Source: Owenia fusiformis
Lineage: Eukaryota
DNA length: 64,000 bases
Direction: 5' to 3'
Assembly: GCA_903813345.2 (NCBI GenBank)
Contig: CAIIXF020000001.1
Coordinates: 10,478,001-10,542,000, forward strand
Shown: in pieces, positions 1 to 43,861 of the stretch
Position numbering within the stretch: the stretch's first letter is position 1
Layout of the letters: the number at the start of each line of letters is the position of its first letter
Notes under the pieces: generated by a model
Seen by the model: the letters and a program-made list of their open reading frames with translations, nothing else
The model's database searches: none
What the model was told of the DNA's origin: nothing
Made by a program: the position numbers and the translations under genes

Positions 1-479
1 ATTCAACGCAATGTCTTCCACCCACCACCTGAACAATCAGTCTGAGCTGTATTTAACAGGCATACATGATTTTAAATGGTTTTGTGACATATTGTGCCAG
101 TTTTGAGATAAACTGAGTTTAGGTAGTCTATATTATCCAAGGGAGACGTGTCTTGCTTCTAGAGATAACTCTATATGTTTTAATTGATGGAAAGTGTTGA
201 GACCATTTGAAGGGTACATATTGTATGGTTTGAAAGACACTGTAATTTTCAGCAGCAATATATGTCTCAAGCAGAGAAAAGAATGGGTATCGATATGGCG
301 AACTTTTTGAACACACGTTTCTCTTAAACCAGTCATCAGACATTTCTGAAAATCTCACAAATTGTCAATTTAATGGCCATCTTTTGAATGGAACAATATA
401 ATTTGAAATAGATATACATACTTTCATCTATATTGTTTTAAAAAACACATCAAACACTTGTTTTGTTCTTGGTATCATG

Positions 480-750
480 TTTCCAGAATGAAATGAAACA
501 TCTTTCCGAACCTCATTGGAACAAAACGACATAAACACAACATGTTTAGGTCTCTCAATATTCTTGTTAATGAAATAAAAGGTTTTTGTTGATTTTTATT
601 TATTTTGGGGGGATTTTGTTAAATACTTTTTTAAAACCAAAAATTCCTTTGTATAACTTTAATATTGAGAGGTCTAAAAACATGTTCTATATGCTATTTT
701 GTTCCTACAAGGTTCGGAAAGACATTTTATTTCATTCTCAAGAATGGGTA
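480..750. repeat. Short inverted-repeat (MITE-like) element
   Basis: AGAATGAAATGAAACATCTTTCCGAACCT..CATGTTTAGGTCTCTCAATATT (~485-562) is the imperfect reverse complement of AATATTGAGAGGTCTAAAAACATG..AGGTTCGGAAAGACATTTTATTTCATTCT (~661-740). Confidence 0.55.
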
Positions 751-864
751 GAGAGGAGCAAAAACAATTGCGCTAAAAAAACAAAAAATGTTAACAAAAA
801 CAGTAATATAAAATATTTCTAAATAATTTTCGCATTAAATTGTTGTCAATCAGTCAACATTACA

Positions 865-2893
865 TTAAATACCATGTTTTTTACAGAATGTTTTCAAAGA
901 TTGGTTTAAGAGAAAAACATTGTTGAATCCAGTTCTCCATATCGATACCTATCCTTTGTACATTTTTCACGACACACGATGGTATACAGATCATCAGATA
1001 ATCAAATCTGGTAGCAAAATCATACATTTTAATATAACACTTGTTTAATTGTTCAATGAAATCCAAATCAAGGGTTGGCATACTTTGAGCCATTTTTTGT
1101 TAAGGGCAAATTATAACATATCTGCAGGGAACATATTTTTTAACGAGCTACCATTGAAAAATCACCATTCCCAATTCATTCTTTAGAGTTCATTCAAGGG
1201 TATGTCAATTCCTGACACATCCTATTCACACACTTCTAGATGATTTTTGAAAAAAATCCAAATCAAAAGAATTTTATTTGCTATTTCATTTTGTATCAAA
1301 TAGAGGAGTTCATAATGACCTTATGAAGTTACAGTTAGTCACTGAAAACTAGTAAATTCAATATCAAATATTTTTGAAGAATGTAATTAAGAAATATAAA
1401 CCAAAGAGCATGGGCGTATTCGACGATATTATCCCTGCTCTGAGGTCTATATTACGATTCGAACATGAAAACTCACCAAAATGTTTCGAACATTCCGTAT
1501 GGTCCGCCATTACTACGACCCGCCGTTATGACGTCACACATTACACGTATTACCAGGGGTATTCTTCGCGAATATACCCCGGGTGAAATGTTGACTTAGT
1601 TCACAGTTTATAGAAGGTGCGAATACAGTCATGTTCGAATACTTATTTAATCATGGCGCACAATAAAAGTCGTAATGACTGCATGAATATTCTCAATTTG
1701 TACTGACGATAGAAGTGACAGATGACAAATATTGTATTAATGGAATGAAAAATAGGCTGAAATTCCAAAATGACCAAATTGAAATAGCAATATATCCACT
1801 GTGCTCTGTAGGCTCTAACATTAAACATCTCTTTTAAATGTTAATGCCTTGCAACAAAGAACAACTAATGCTGAAAAACCTATTTGTTCTTTCTTTGAAT
1901 TGAAAATAAAAACTTTGAAAACATTCCATTTTCTATCACGGTTCCGCTGTTTTTATCATTAATGAGAATCATAAACGTTTTGAGAAATGAGAAATGAAAA
2001 CTTTTAGATGAACTTGTGAATCATTATAAACTTTAATTTGTTTTTGAGAAATGAAAATTTTATTATCTTATTGAAGGATGCTGTCAAATCCTTTTTAGAC
2101 ACACGATTTGAAACTTGTGGAAAGCTATTCCTCTCGTCTTTCTGGCAAATACACTCCCCTCCAAAAGTATGGCAACCTTAGCTCCCTGCCTCCTCTTTAT
2201 ATTTGAATTTTTTTTTACATAACCTGCGAGGAAAATACTTATAATATTGATATATAATTAATGACATTAACACGATCCACTAAAGTTTGATCATATTCTT
2301 GAAATTAGAGAAAATACTAAATACACTGAAACAGCAACAATTTAATCTTAAAATGATCCCCGAGATGAACGTGCATCTAAAAAAAACTCATTTTTTCGCA
2401 ATGGATTTATTTTAACTTAAAAAGTGATGGATAATAAATACCAATTCGATCAAATGCTTGCGTTTATAAATAATACATATGCTTTTAATAATAACTCATT
2501 TCAAAATGTTTCTATTATTTTATATTTGCTTTTGAGGACTTATCAGCCCCGGGGACTTAGCAAGAATTTTTTTGTTTGAAATGAAACAAAACGGAGGCGC
2601 ACAGATTTGAAAGAAAATTTTTAAGACAGTTGGTTTATTTCACTGTAGATGGAGCAGCTTTTTAGTTGCATAATGTCATGATGCTCCGAGGTCTTCCCAA
2701 AATTAGTCAATCCCAACCCTGAGGTTGCCAATCTTTTTGAGAGAAGTATAAATTTACTATTTTTATCTACTGGTCATATAAATTGAATATATGTTTCTGG
2801 TTATTGCAATGAATTTTTCCACAAATATTTTTGGGGGAAATCCCGACCGGGGGTTTGCCCGAACCCATCGAACCCCCGGTCCCTACGGCCATG
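865..2893. mobile_element. Non-autonomous hAT-like DNA transposon, copy 1 (left end not identified, possibly before the window)
   Basis: Blocks ~1000-1800 and ~2250-2893 are closely similar to ~15960-16497 and ~17045-17720. The element ends in CGAACCCCCGGTCCCTACGGCCATG, matching the end of copy 2. Confidence 0.6.
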
Positions 2894-3699
2894 ATTATCA
2901 TGACCATGACACAAATAATAATTTTACCTTTATCTGAATTTTGTTGATTTAACTGCGATAATAAAGTCTATTGAATAAAAAGAAAAATGTTCCAATTTTT
3001 ATTGGCTCACCTGTAATGTTAAATGATGTAAATAACCCTACCGTGTGCTGATGTAAAAATATTTAAATCGAACTCTCGTCTTGACCATAACATTAGCATG
3101 TTTTGGAAATAAGGCCGATAGGACGATGTTAAAATCAATATAGACACATGTTCCTTTCAAAATTAAGTAAACACTTTGAGACTGAGTGAAGAGTATTTAC
3201 GATCTAACCTGTTTGGTAGAATCCATAATATTTGACTGATACAAAGTATAATACATATATTTGCAAGCAGGATTTGTGTAGCTTAGAAAGTACACAATGG
3301 GGTTCGCGAAGGGTAAATCCGACATTCAAAATGTGTAAACACACGTTTGTTCACGTGATGAGATACATCCATGTTACAAAAAGTATGTGTGGCACATTTT
3401 ACAAATATTCGAATGAGAGCGACAAATGTTAAGCATCCGAAAATTTTGAACTAAATTAACCATTATTTAGTTTGATTTTCTTTTAGCAAAACAAAACAGA
3501 CGGACGATGCATGCGAAATTTCCGATGATGCGAATGATGCCGCAAAGTTGTGGATGTGCCAAAACACTCACTGCTATTGTGTGAAAAACAGAGGTGTCTT
3601 GGTTCTCTTGGTCTCGCTATCTATCGATCTAAAAATAAACATCACAAGAATTAGGTTTAAATTGAAAAAAACAAAGTATCTTGCCTTGTTGCCTGAAGG

Positions 3700-4038
3700 C
3701 AGGACATCTTGTTGAGAGAAACAGTTACTGAGCACAGAGACGTATAAAACTGTTTTATATGTCTCTGCTTGGCAACACATGCGAGGGTTACAGTGGTAAG
3801 CATTTACACGGTGATTTAGTAAAGATATCTGGCATAAAAGGTTTAAAATACGTCAACGGCAGAATCAGAGCAATAAAGTGATTTAATTTTGATAAAGTGA
3901 TTTAAAAATCACAAAAAACTTAGGCGATATATACAAAAACAAGTTTATACAAGTCTAGTGTTATCTTTTATTTTTCCAGAAGTTGATTTTGCTTTTTAGT
4001 TTCATCTAGTATTCATGTACCAGCCTCTCTCACCCTGG
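3700..4038 (+). other. Candidate 5'-UTR exons of the GGT gene
   Basis: Donor CAGTG|GTAAGC at 3795/3796. Exon 3980-4038 is bounded by TTTTTCCAG| and |GTAAGT. The first coding exon has an acceptor (TTTCCAG| at 4706/4707) upstream of its ATG, so a non-coding upstream exon is implied. The 5' start is approximate. Confidence 0.4.
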
Positions 4039-4395
4039 GTAAGTATTCAAGAGATATTTGGATGAAAGTAAAAAATGTATATCAACGAGTCAAATTGACC
4101 ATGTCGTAATCTACCCTTTAGGTACCCCATCATGCATTTCTGTGCCAGGCACTTTCTCAAATACTAATTTTAACGCCAGGACTTTTTCCTGTAAAAATAC
4201 ACGGCCACGGATCGCATTATACATTTACTAATAAGGATATTGGTCCCAGAAGTAGAACGGTAAGTTTAATAAAATATGTAGAGGTTTCAGTTTGTTATTG
4301 TTGTTCAATTTAGTAGAACGGTTGACTCATCAGATCATGTGAGCTATTGATATGAAAACTTATAATTTATTCGCATAAAGATTTGTATATGACCC

Positions 4396-4679
4396 AAGGA
4401 GCGTAGCCAGCTTTCAGTCAGTCAGTCAGTCAGATCGCCAAAAAAAGTTGGTTTCCAGTCAATTGTCCAGTGCGATTGTGTTATAAACAAGCCAAAAAAG
4501 ATTTATTTTGAATTTTACGAAAATTAATGCAACTTCCTTCAAAATTGAGCTATAGGCTATAGAAGCTTTAAATAAAAAGCATTTTAAAGCTCTTTTCTTT
4601 TTCTCTTTCATGGTTTTATTGGTTATGGGGGGGGGGGGGGCTGCGATTGCACCCATCGCACCCACTGGATACGCCTATG
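4396..4679. mobile_element. hAT-like MITE with 5-bp TSD (GACCC), copy 1
   Basis: Termini AAGGAGCGTAGCCAG..CTGGATACGCCTATG; GACCC at 4391-4395 and 4680-4684; homologous to 62373-62666. Confidence 0.75.
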
Positions 4680-4748
4680 GACCCCATTTACTCTATTTAT
4701 TTCCAGATTAAAATTTATTATCGCTGATTTACATCTAGACAATTAACG

Positions 4749-35163
<30,415 letters not shown>

Positions 35164-35774
35164 AAACAAATCTTTGACTTTCAACTATAGTTCTCCAGTC
35201 TCCATTCGTTTGACTTTGACGTCAGTATTAGACTCTCACATTAATTTTTAACAAGTGAGGAATTATTAAATCGACGATTCCGTTGTCTTCTGAACTATTT
35301 GTTCGCAAATGTGTACATTTTCTTAAACATATGATATTGATACACGTTTGTGATAAAAATGTCGTGGGAATTCTGCCCACAACGTGTGAAATAAGGAAAA
35401 AAGAAAGATCATACCTTCTACGTTCCGACATTTTGTTACCGAAACGGTTCCAGCGTAATCGAGTGGATCACCAGTGAGAAAATGATGACTTAAGATTAGA
35501 AATCGATAAAAGTTACCCGCATACAATTGATTTACTACTTCATTGATAGAGGAATAATTCTCAAAAGATTTTGCCTCGTCTGCATCATCCTGCTGGCCAC
35601 GCTACAGGTTACACTTTTATAATAACATGCATATTATTTGAATTATCGACTAAATATATATTTTTACAAAATGTCTATGCAAATATATAAAGTAAATGTA
35701 TACAATTGTTCAAACAAATTGTTTTTGTTGCTAGCATATTTGATTTCCACATAAGGGTTCAATATCACTTGTAT

Positions 35775-38700
35775 TTAGAACGTGTTTGTGTAAGGCATCG
35801 CTGTTGCATTGTGAGTCGTAATAACTTGCATCTCTGGCATTTCGAGACCATCATTAACGGAATTGTTTTGAACTGTATATGTAGCATCTGATTTACTAGG
35901 TTTAATATCAACTGCTTCTACTTCTGCTTCCTGTTTTGCGGCGGTGTTTAGCTTGGTCTTCCTTTCGAGGGTACTCTGTGCTATTTCTAATACATGTTCC
36001 GCAGACTTCGTGTAGGATATGGCGTCTGAATTAACACTTTTCGACGAGGGCTCCCTGTTAAGAGAACCATGGATGTTTGTGTTAGCGTTTTCGATATCCT
36101 CCCGTGTTACTGGGTCCGTGTTAACATTTACCAACGAAGACGATGGACTTATGTGTGTCGAGCTTGTGTTTTGGATTAGTGTATCGATATCTGTTATTTC
36201 AACGCTTGCCATATTCACGGCTTCTTGGTTTTCAAACATCGATGGTTTTGTGGAAACAATATAGTCTTCATCATCACTAGCAGGTCGTTCATCTCTAGTG
36301 CTACCAACGACACTCGATTCGTCAGATACTGAACGCTGTCCGGATAAAACAGGTATATCACCATCATTGACTTTCTCAGCTGAGTCCACAGCTATGGGAA
36401 TTTCGGAAGTAGTGTCCGTTTCAAATAATATTCGCTCTTCTGATGTTGTAACGCTTGTCTCAGATTCAATAACAATAGCTTCCTTGTGTTGATCTCCAAT
36501 AATTTCCTTTCTTTCTTCTTTGCTATATTCAACATTTTCAAAATCGTACTTGCCATGCGTTTCAGACGTAGTTGACGATAGATCATCTTCGTCATCATCT
36601 TCGTCATCATCCTCCCTCACACCCCCCTCATCATCATCACTGTCTTCCTGGTCAGCACTTTCACTTTGATTATCACGTGCCTCTCCTTCGTTTACTATTG
36701 TCGACGCTAATGTTATTTCTTTACTTACGCTTGCTTCAACATCTGTTTTCAAAGTATCATTTTCACCTATATTTTCAATTTCAACGACAGTTATTTCATC
36801 TACACTAGTAACATCGTTTCGGGTCTCCTCTTTTTGTTCACTGTGAATTTCTGTTTGGATTGCATGTGTAGCCTCTCTTGTTATTTTTTCATCCAAATCA
36901 ACCCGAGTGTCCTCAAATGTAGTGTCTTCTCTTATGTTTATTTCTTCTACTTTTACGTCAGAATCTATTCGGGCCTCCTCAGTTGTTTTATCGTTGGTTG
37001 TGCTCACAACACTTGTATTGACATCGAACTCAGTTATGTTTTCATTAGTTACAGTGAGCTCTTCAACAGTATTGTCTGATGTTGAGTTGTGGTCTACGTA
37101 ACCAAATGTTGGGGATTGTATTCCTGTTGTTCTGTTTATACTGCTGTATATTGCGTGTATATTTTCGTCCGATTCAGCTTCACTTACAATATTGTCAAGA
37201 GGTTGGAGAGCTTTTTTAACTGCACTGTCATCGTGAAGTTCGCGATCGGGACGGGTGGATTCTTTCAGACTTTGGTCTATATCCGTCGTTGATTCACTAA
37301 TAGTTACTCTTTTCCGTTCTTTCGACTTCGTTTGTTTCGTTTCCATCGTCTCATTGTGGACAGTCACATTATTTTCTTTAAGTAGTTGGGATGAAGACGC
37401 AACCTGTGATTTTGTTTGTGTCTCCTCATGATCAATCGCTTGGTTTTCGACGACGATTGTCGAGTGCGTCATGTCAGAGATAGGGGTGCGGGTAGCTTCA
37501 TTTACGGTTGTGTCAAACTGGGGGATTTCAAGTACTCCATCGCCACCACTTACGGAAACGATTGTGGAATGTGGACCAATTTGTCTTACTTCCATTGGTG
37601 ATTGTGGACCAATTAGTTTCGTCTCGATTGTAGAATTTGACTCAGCTGGTTTTGTCTCAAACCTATTGCTATTATAAGTCGGGTTCATGTAACGTTGATG
37701 TTGTATTACTTTCTGCCTTACAGCTTCTTCTAACATTTTGGGTTTCTCAGCATTCGGACCGGAGCCAGTTGAAGTTACATTTTGTTTCACATACGATGTC
37801 TTTGCTTGTTGTTCTTTGTTGACAGACGTGACTTTCTTTGAAGACGATGATTGCTTTTGATGTTGCAGTTTTTGTATTTGGGATTTAGTCGAAGTTGAAA
37901 CGGGTGATGTTTGTGGTGTCGCAGCCCTGGCTCGTTTCTGTATCTTTCTAACTGCGGTCTGTGAACCGTTAGATGTGATAGTTCGTCTGGCTGTTGCTGG
38001 TGGAGTAATACCAACAAAGTCCAACGGAGGCTTCTTAGAACCATGGGGCGACATTTTAGACTGAAGCAGTCCCCTATTATCCAAAATGGTCGACCCGTTT
38101 ACGAACGATCCATTTGATTTACCCCCGTATTGTGTGCTTCCAATTGAGGGAACCATAGAACCATTTCGTACCAACTTTTCCGTCATACGAGACTGCCTCC
38201 CTTCAGACCCCATCATTTCATTGCGGAGGTCAGTCTTGAGACTTCTACCCCTTGGGGCATACATATGCATGTGTTTCGAAAAAACTGACTTATCGAGAGG
38301 TGTTGGCTCTCTTTTTATCATTCTTTCTTTGGCTGCGGCTCGACCCATACGGCTGAAATCAAAATATGGAAATATTCATTTATCGACAAAAGGAATTATA
38401 CAAGAGTCATTGAAAGAACAATATCTATAATTCTGAACCTCAACGACATCATTATAATTTAATTCATATAAAAATGTGACAATTTCAGCATCGATTGAAT
38501 TTATACAATATCAAGGCTTAAATATAACTAGATTCACTATTGATGGTGCACCATATATTACTGAGAAAATACTTGTCAAAAAGTGTCTCACTTTTTTGGG
38601 ACACCCGATATATGTACAGGGTGGTCCAAAACATACGAGTGTCCCATTTTTTGGACCACCCTGTATACTGTTAATAGACGTATCCAATCATACATACACA

Positions 38701-41700
38701 TTTGGTAATTTGATATGTGAAGATATTATTCGGCACCATGACAAAAGGTGATATTTAAATAGTCTTTACTGTATATAGTGTATAAAGATATAACCTACCA
38801 CCAGCAACAACAGATACACAACATACATAGCAGCGCCAACGCTGCAACACCAGCAGCCACTCCAATTATGATAACTGAAGTAAAAGGGGAACAGAATCAT
38901 CCCATGTCTTTTTAGATAAGCCAAGAAATACCAAGACCAGTCAAGATGACAGAAACGTGTGTAATAAAATGACAGGAAAATTGTACATCAAATTATTAAT
39001 GAAAATTAGTAAATTTTCAACACAACATATTATTTCTTGATTTATGGACTTACTTAATTCATCAGAGTCTGTCATTGTACCCCCGTTGTCTGTTGCAAAT
39101 GGGGAATCTGTTGTTGATCTAGCTACTGCAATATGAAATTGAAATTAGCACGACTGATGCAAAAAGCGGAATGTAATTAGAAAGAGGGAAATCCAAAAAA
39201 GGAAATCATCTCTACTTTTTGCAGACGAAGTTTCTTAAAATCTCTCAGTTCTTTCATTATATCACCCTGCTTATACTAGAATATCAAATACGGTGAATAT
39301 ATCAATTCGGTACTTATATTTGTTCGTATATATTCTCCTATTCGTGTTTATACGAGGGGCGATTAATAAATATGATCGAAGATATTGGTCCATTGGAAGT
39401 GTCTGTGAATTAAAAATGTTATGGTATATTATTTTTTAATTTTTTATTTATTTATTTTAAAATATTGAATATCATCACATAATTAGAAATCTACCTGGAG
39501 TTGTAGTTGACTCTGTTGTAGAGGATGAATAACCTGGGGGTCCTGAAAACATATGGAGTAGATGTGTAAAATACAAACATTCATGTCCTTTTAACAACCA
39601 GTAGATTGTATATACCCAAGTTGAAAGTAAGATTTGAGGCCAATTGAAAAACTAATGCACAACTAAATCAGACAAACAAATTAATTTTGACACCCTTTTC
39701 ATTCGTTCGACTTCGCTTGGTCTTCATCATAGTTCATAACTGCACAACGTGCACATATCAGAAAAGGAAGACAAAGACAGTCAATAAGTTTCTCATATCC
39801 AGATGAAATATGTTTGTTTGTAAAAAATCTCAAATGAATGTCTGGAACAACTCCACGGAAAAACTACTAAGGATGTTTTACAAATACTTTATTTACAACA
39901 TTGATCGCCAACGACTTTATGACTTACTTATACACGTTGGTAAGGTCGACGACCACAATCCATTTAGGAGGCAAACTATTTCAGGGGAGCCATCTAATAC
40001 AAACCCAGAGTTACAAGCATATACGACTTTACTTGACAGTGTAGTTGATGTATAACTACGATATCCATTCACAATTAGTGGAGGGACGCTACAGGTTGTT
40101 ACTGAAACAAAAAATAACAAAATGGGTAAAGTGATATTCGAAGGCAAGGGGAGCTGGTAAATATCTTATCGGGTACATGCTTCCTCGTGTGCAATTTTTA
40201 GTAGTCAAAGACGATATTTGTTGCAAATGGGGTTTTTAATTACTATTATGTTGTTTGTTTTCACCCAACGCAACCCCCTTTATAATACCCATGTCCTGGT
40301 GGATAAGCTTACTAAGTGTATCTCTGGTTGTTGTTGGTGATATTGAGGTCGTAGTAGATGAAGATACAGATGCAGTTGTAGTGGCTGATGGAGATGGTGT
40401 GGTGGTGGCAGTAGTTACTTGTTCAGCAGTTGTTATTGCCTCCCTTGTGGTGGTGATTGATGGAACTGTTGAAACGGTTGTCGGCTGTTCACTTGTAGTG
40501 GTAACCATTTGAGTTGTTGCGGCAACTGTAGTTGTAGATGGTACAACAGTGGTCGTTGTCGATGTATCTAAAATTTATGAGAATATACCATTGTAATTTA
40601 TGTTACACCTTTGATCTACTTGTTTTAAATTCGACAAAACAATTCGCAGCAGAGGTTAGGTGTAACTGTTGGAAGAGAAAAGGAACGGGCTTTTGCTGAC
40701 TTTCCTGATACCATGCTGATACAAGATGGTATTCGAAGGATGGTTCTTCACGAGAAGGTTATATTAAGTATAAATGACATTCTTCAAGATCGGGCTTCAC
40801 TGACTGACAGCAAGCAAACAAGCATTGAAATACCATTTGGACGATAAAGTATGTCTAAAAACATTTGGGTACCGTTTTTAGTTTTTATATACATGTCACC
40901 TCTGATTCTTCATTGAGAGCAATCAGTTACATGTACATCGGTCACATTTATAATACTAAATTCTTTGCTCACCAATACATATGTTATTAGGTATAGACCA
41001 CGTGTATACATCACAACCTAATGATGGCGTAGGAAATACAACAGTGGTATTGTACTCAAATCCTTGGTCACACGTGACAGCTTGTATTGTCCCATTTGAA
41101 TCAGTTGTGGCAACTCCACCTGGAAAGTTGACGTTTTCAGCGACGCAACCAACCGCTGAAATAGAAAAGAAAGTGCGTGTATGTATATAGGAATCTAAAT
41201 ATGAAGCACAATTGACAATAATCTTAAATGAATCAAATCAAGATATCCGTATGAACCCCCAAAACATAAGTGATGAATTGACCAATTCGTAAATGGGCAA
41301 CACACATGTAAAAAGTGCCAACCAGTCATTAATACCTGTTACATTGAATTGTTGCAATACAATCCTTAATTCGCGATAGAGACTCCTCATCAAACATGCA
41401 TGATCCATCTTGTTAATGATGGGTTAACAACCCCTTTAATTCAATAATCAAAAGCATGCCTTAGAATCATGCATAGCACCACTGCTCGCATGGATATACT
41501 TTGTCTTGTTATTGCCAAAGGTGACACTACATGCTGAGCTTTAATTTGTATAAAAGTTGATGGCAAATGTTATAATAATTCTATAAATGAAAGAAGTGTC
41601 TCATACCTGTTAAATAAAACCAAATGTTGTTGATGGAGGTTAAATCACTCTTAAATTGCAACAATATTAGTTTGTTCCCGTTGTATGCAAACGTTGTATT

Positions 41701-43861
41701 TTCAAGATCGGTTATCCTTCCGGTATACTCCTCTAGAACAGTACCCTTAGTGGGATGAATAACTTTGAGGCTGTCAGAGGAACTAAGGTCCATGTCTAGT
41801 ATTCGAAGTAAGATAGTTTGACCAGGTTTTACGGAGATCTCAACGGTAACGAGGTTTGCAGCATTACTCGGGACGTTGTACAGGAAGTTAACATACTGCT
41901 CTACTGGTCCATTCAGTCGTATGTTACCATTTGATGGAAGTCGTTTTACGGTTGCATCTAATAGAAATAATTCATAAAGCATTAAAGTCGACATTGAAAA
42001 TAAAAAACAATTGATCCAAAAGCTTTTGAATCAAGTATGACGGATAGAGTAAGTTGATAATTACGTTTTGCAAATATTGTTACAAAAAATGAAGTAAAGT
42101 CCAATTTTTAATTCTATATTTCGACATGAATATATCTTCAAACACCTTCACCCCTCCTATTTTGTTTAATAAAAACGTTGAGGTTATTATTACTACAGTA
42201 CAGTAATTACATGAGATCTCGTGGGACCGCTCTATGTAGGAGGTAAGCCTTTGTCCCTTTGGTGTATACTCTGGACTATTAATGATGTAATCTATCAGGC
42301 AACAAATTCAACATAACTGGCACATTTAGAATTTTGGAATTCCTTGAGATATTGATATTGGTTTACCATTGCATTCTTCTCCAAGGATGCTGATGTCGTC
42401 AATCGATATGGTTTGGTCAGGCACGGTCGAGCGTTCGGCAACAAGGACAACCTCGAAATTGCTCGATGTTGCGGGGATGGGCGAGAAAGCTTGGAACCAA
42501 TCTCCAGACGACGTCCCCATGGTCGTTTTCACTGCTGTTGATTTAGATGAACCTAAAAATACACACATGTAGAATAAGATATGTGATACAAATAAAAAAT
42601 GATTTAGAAATTTCAAATAAGTGTCTTGATTATTTTTTTCGGACTACGCGACGGTGGTGCGAATGGATTACATTTTGACACTTGAGACTCGATTTTTCGG
42701 TCAGTCCCATTAATTTCATTCGGGCTCTATATATATTCATACCTTGTTCTCTGATGTGAACAGCTACTGTGTTTGCTTGTCCATTTGTCTTCATCCAGAA
42801 CAGCATACATTTTCCAGTAGACTGGGATTGTTGCATCGCACTTATCCACCATGCTTCTGTGCCTGGCTCACCATAGGCCTTCATCAAACGACCTATAAAA
42901 TACGTGTAACTACTTATGATTAGGGAATATCATCATGATAAACCATGAAATCTCATTTCCTCTCAGTCCTGAGATGTTTCAGGTGAAACAGTAAGATGCT
43001 ATGAGTATAAGAATGGGAAAATACAATGACTAACATTATCCGTGCATATGACTCCAAGTTAATTTTGAATAACTACTTCCTTGTCGAATTGTATTATGGC
43101 ATGTAAAACATTGATATTATTTCAACGGAGTGGAGGCCGCGGAGCTAAGGACCCCCTTTGTTATCAATTCTTAAAACAAGTTTTTAATATTACACTTTAT
43201 AATTAAAGATCCACATTTAACGCAAAAGAAACATAATGTTTGTGTTACCTGAGGATGATCTGGTCGTGTGATCAAGGCCAGTCTCTGGTATCCAATCGAA
43301 GTCATCATCAGTTGCTGTATTCCTCCAGCCACATTCACTCAACTCAAAATCACACTCTAAAATTTTGTACAGATGTTCGAAATGTCATTTTAATACACAT
43401 ACGAAAGAGAAAAGTGTGAGGTTTTGACGTTGTCACAAGTTTGACATTGATACGATATATTGAGGTATCATTATCATTCATAAAGATGGAGAGGTAGGTA
43501 TACATGTACATCGTGTGAGTATAACACCGTGACAAAGGTATCAATGAATATTATTATCAACATGTATCATTCTTTAGATAGGTATTTTGTGACGCTCATT
43601 AATCATTAGTGCTACGTAATAATTCAAACATATTTCGTACTCTGGCTACTGGGTGACGGAGCTGAAAAGGTTATGTAATAACGGTTAGGAATAAAGTAAT
43701 TAACATAGTCTAACTTCATACACAGGTTAACATTTTAATAAGTTAGTCTCCGTTAATAAAACTTTAAATAACATGGTTTTAATACTATAAAAATACATAC
43801 CCAATGCATTAATTCCAATTCCAAAAACGGATAAAAACACAAGCAATGATAGGAATCCCAT
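35775..43861 (-). CDS. Single-pass membrane protein: signal peptide, MAM, CUB, Sushi-like, Thr-rich mucin stalk, Sushi/CCP, TM, ~860-aa low-complexity cytoplasmic tail; 12 exons, about 1413 aa
   Basis: Exons (minus) 43861-43801, 43356-43249, 42892-42743, 42552-42367, 41957-41607, 41155-40973, 40567-40313, 40101-39928, 39542-39495, 39125-39054, 38874-38799, 38352-35775; phases match; total 4242 nt. Signal MGFLSLLVFLSVFGIGINAL. MAM: CDFELSECGW..DDFDW..DHT..CMLFW..ISIDDISILGEEC. CUB-like: ISVKPGQTILLRILDMDL..LLQFKSD. CCP: CSVPPLIVNG..VVYACNSGFVLDGSPEIVCLLNGLWSSTLPTC. TM: IIIGVAAGVAALALLCMLCICCCWC. Confidence 0.85.
38617..38663. mobile_element. Minimal 47-bp Tc1/mariner-type MITE (TIRs only)
   Basis: TA-CAGGGTGGTCCAAAA..TTTTGGACCACCCTG-TA. 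Confidence 0.65.

Noticed and set aside
35256..35563. Possible short TIR element between the GGT and MAM-CUB gene ends (GAGGAATTATT / AATAATTCTC)
   Set aside because: The inverted match is short and AT-rich with no convincing TSD.
36019..38430. Plus-strand ORFs including a His-rich one at 36572-36808
   Set aside because: Antisense shadows of the large terminal exon; the His run mirrors Asp codons.
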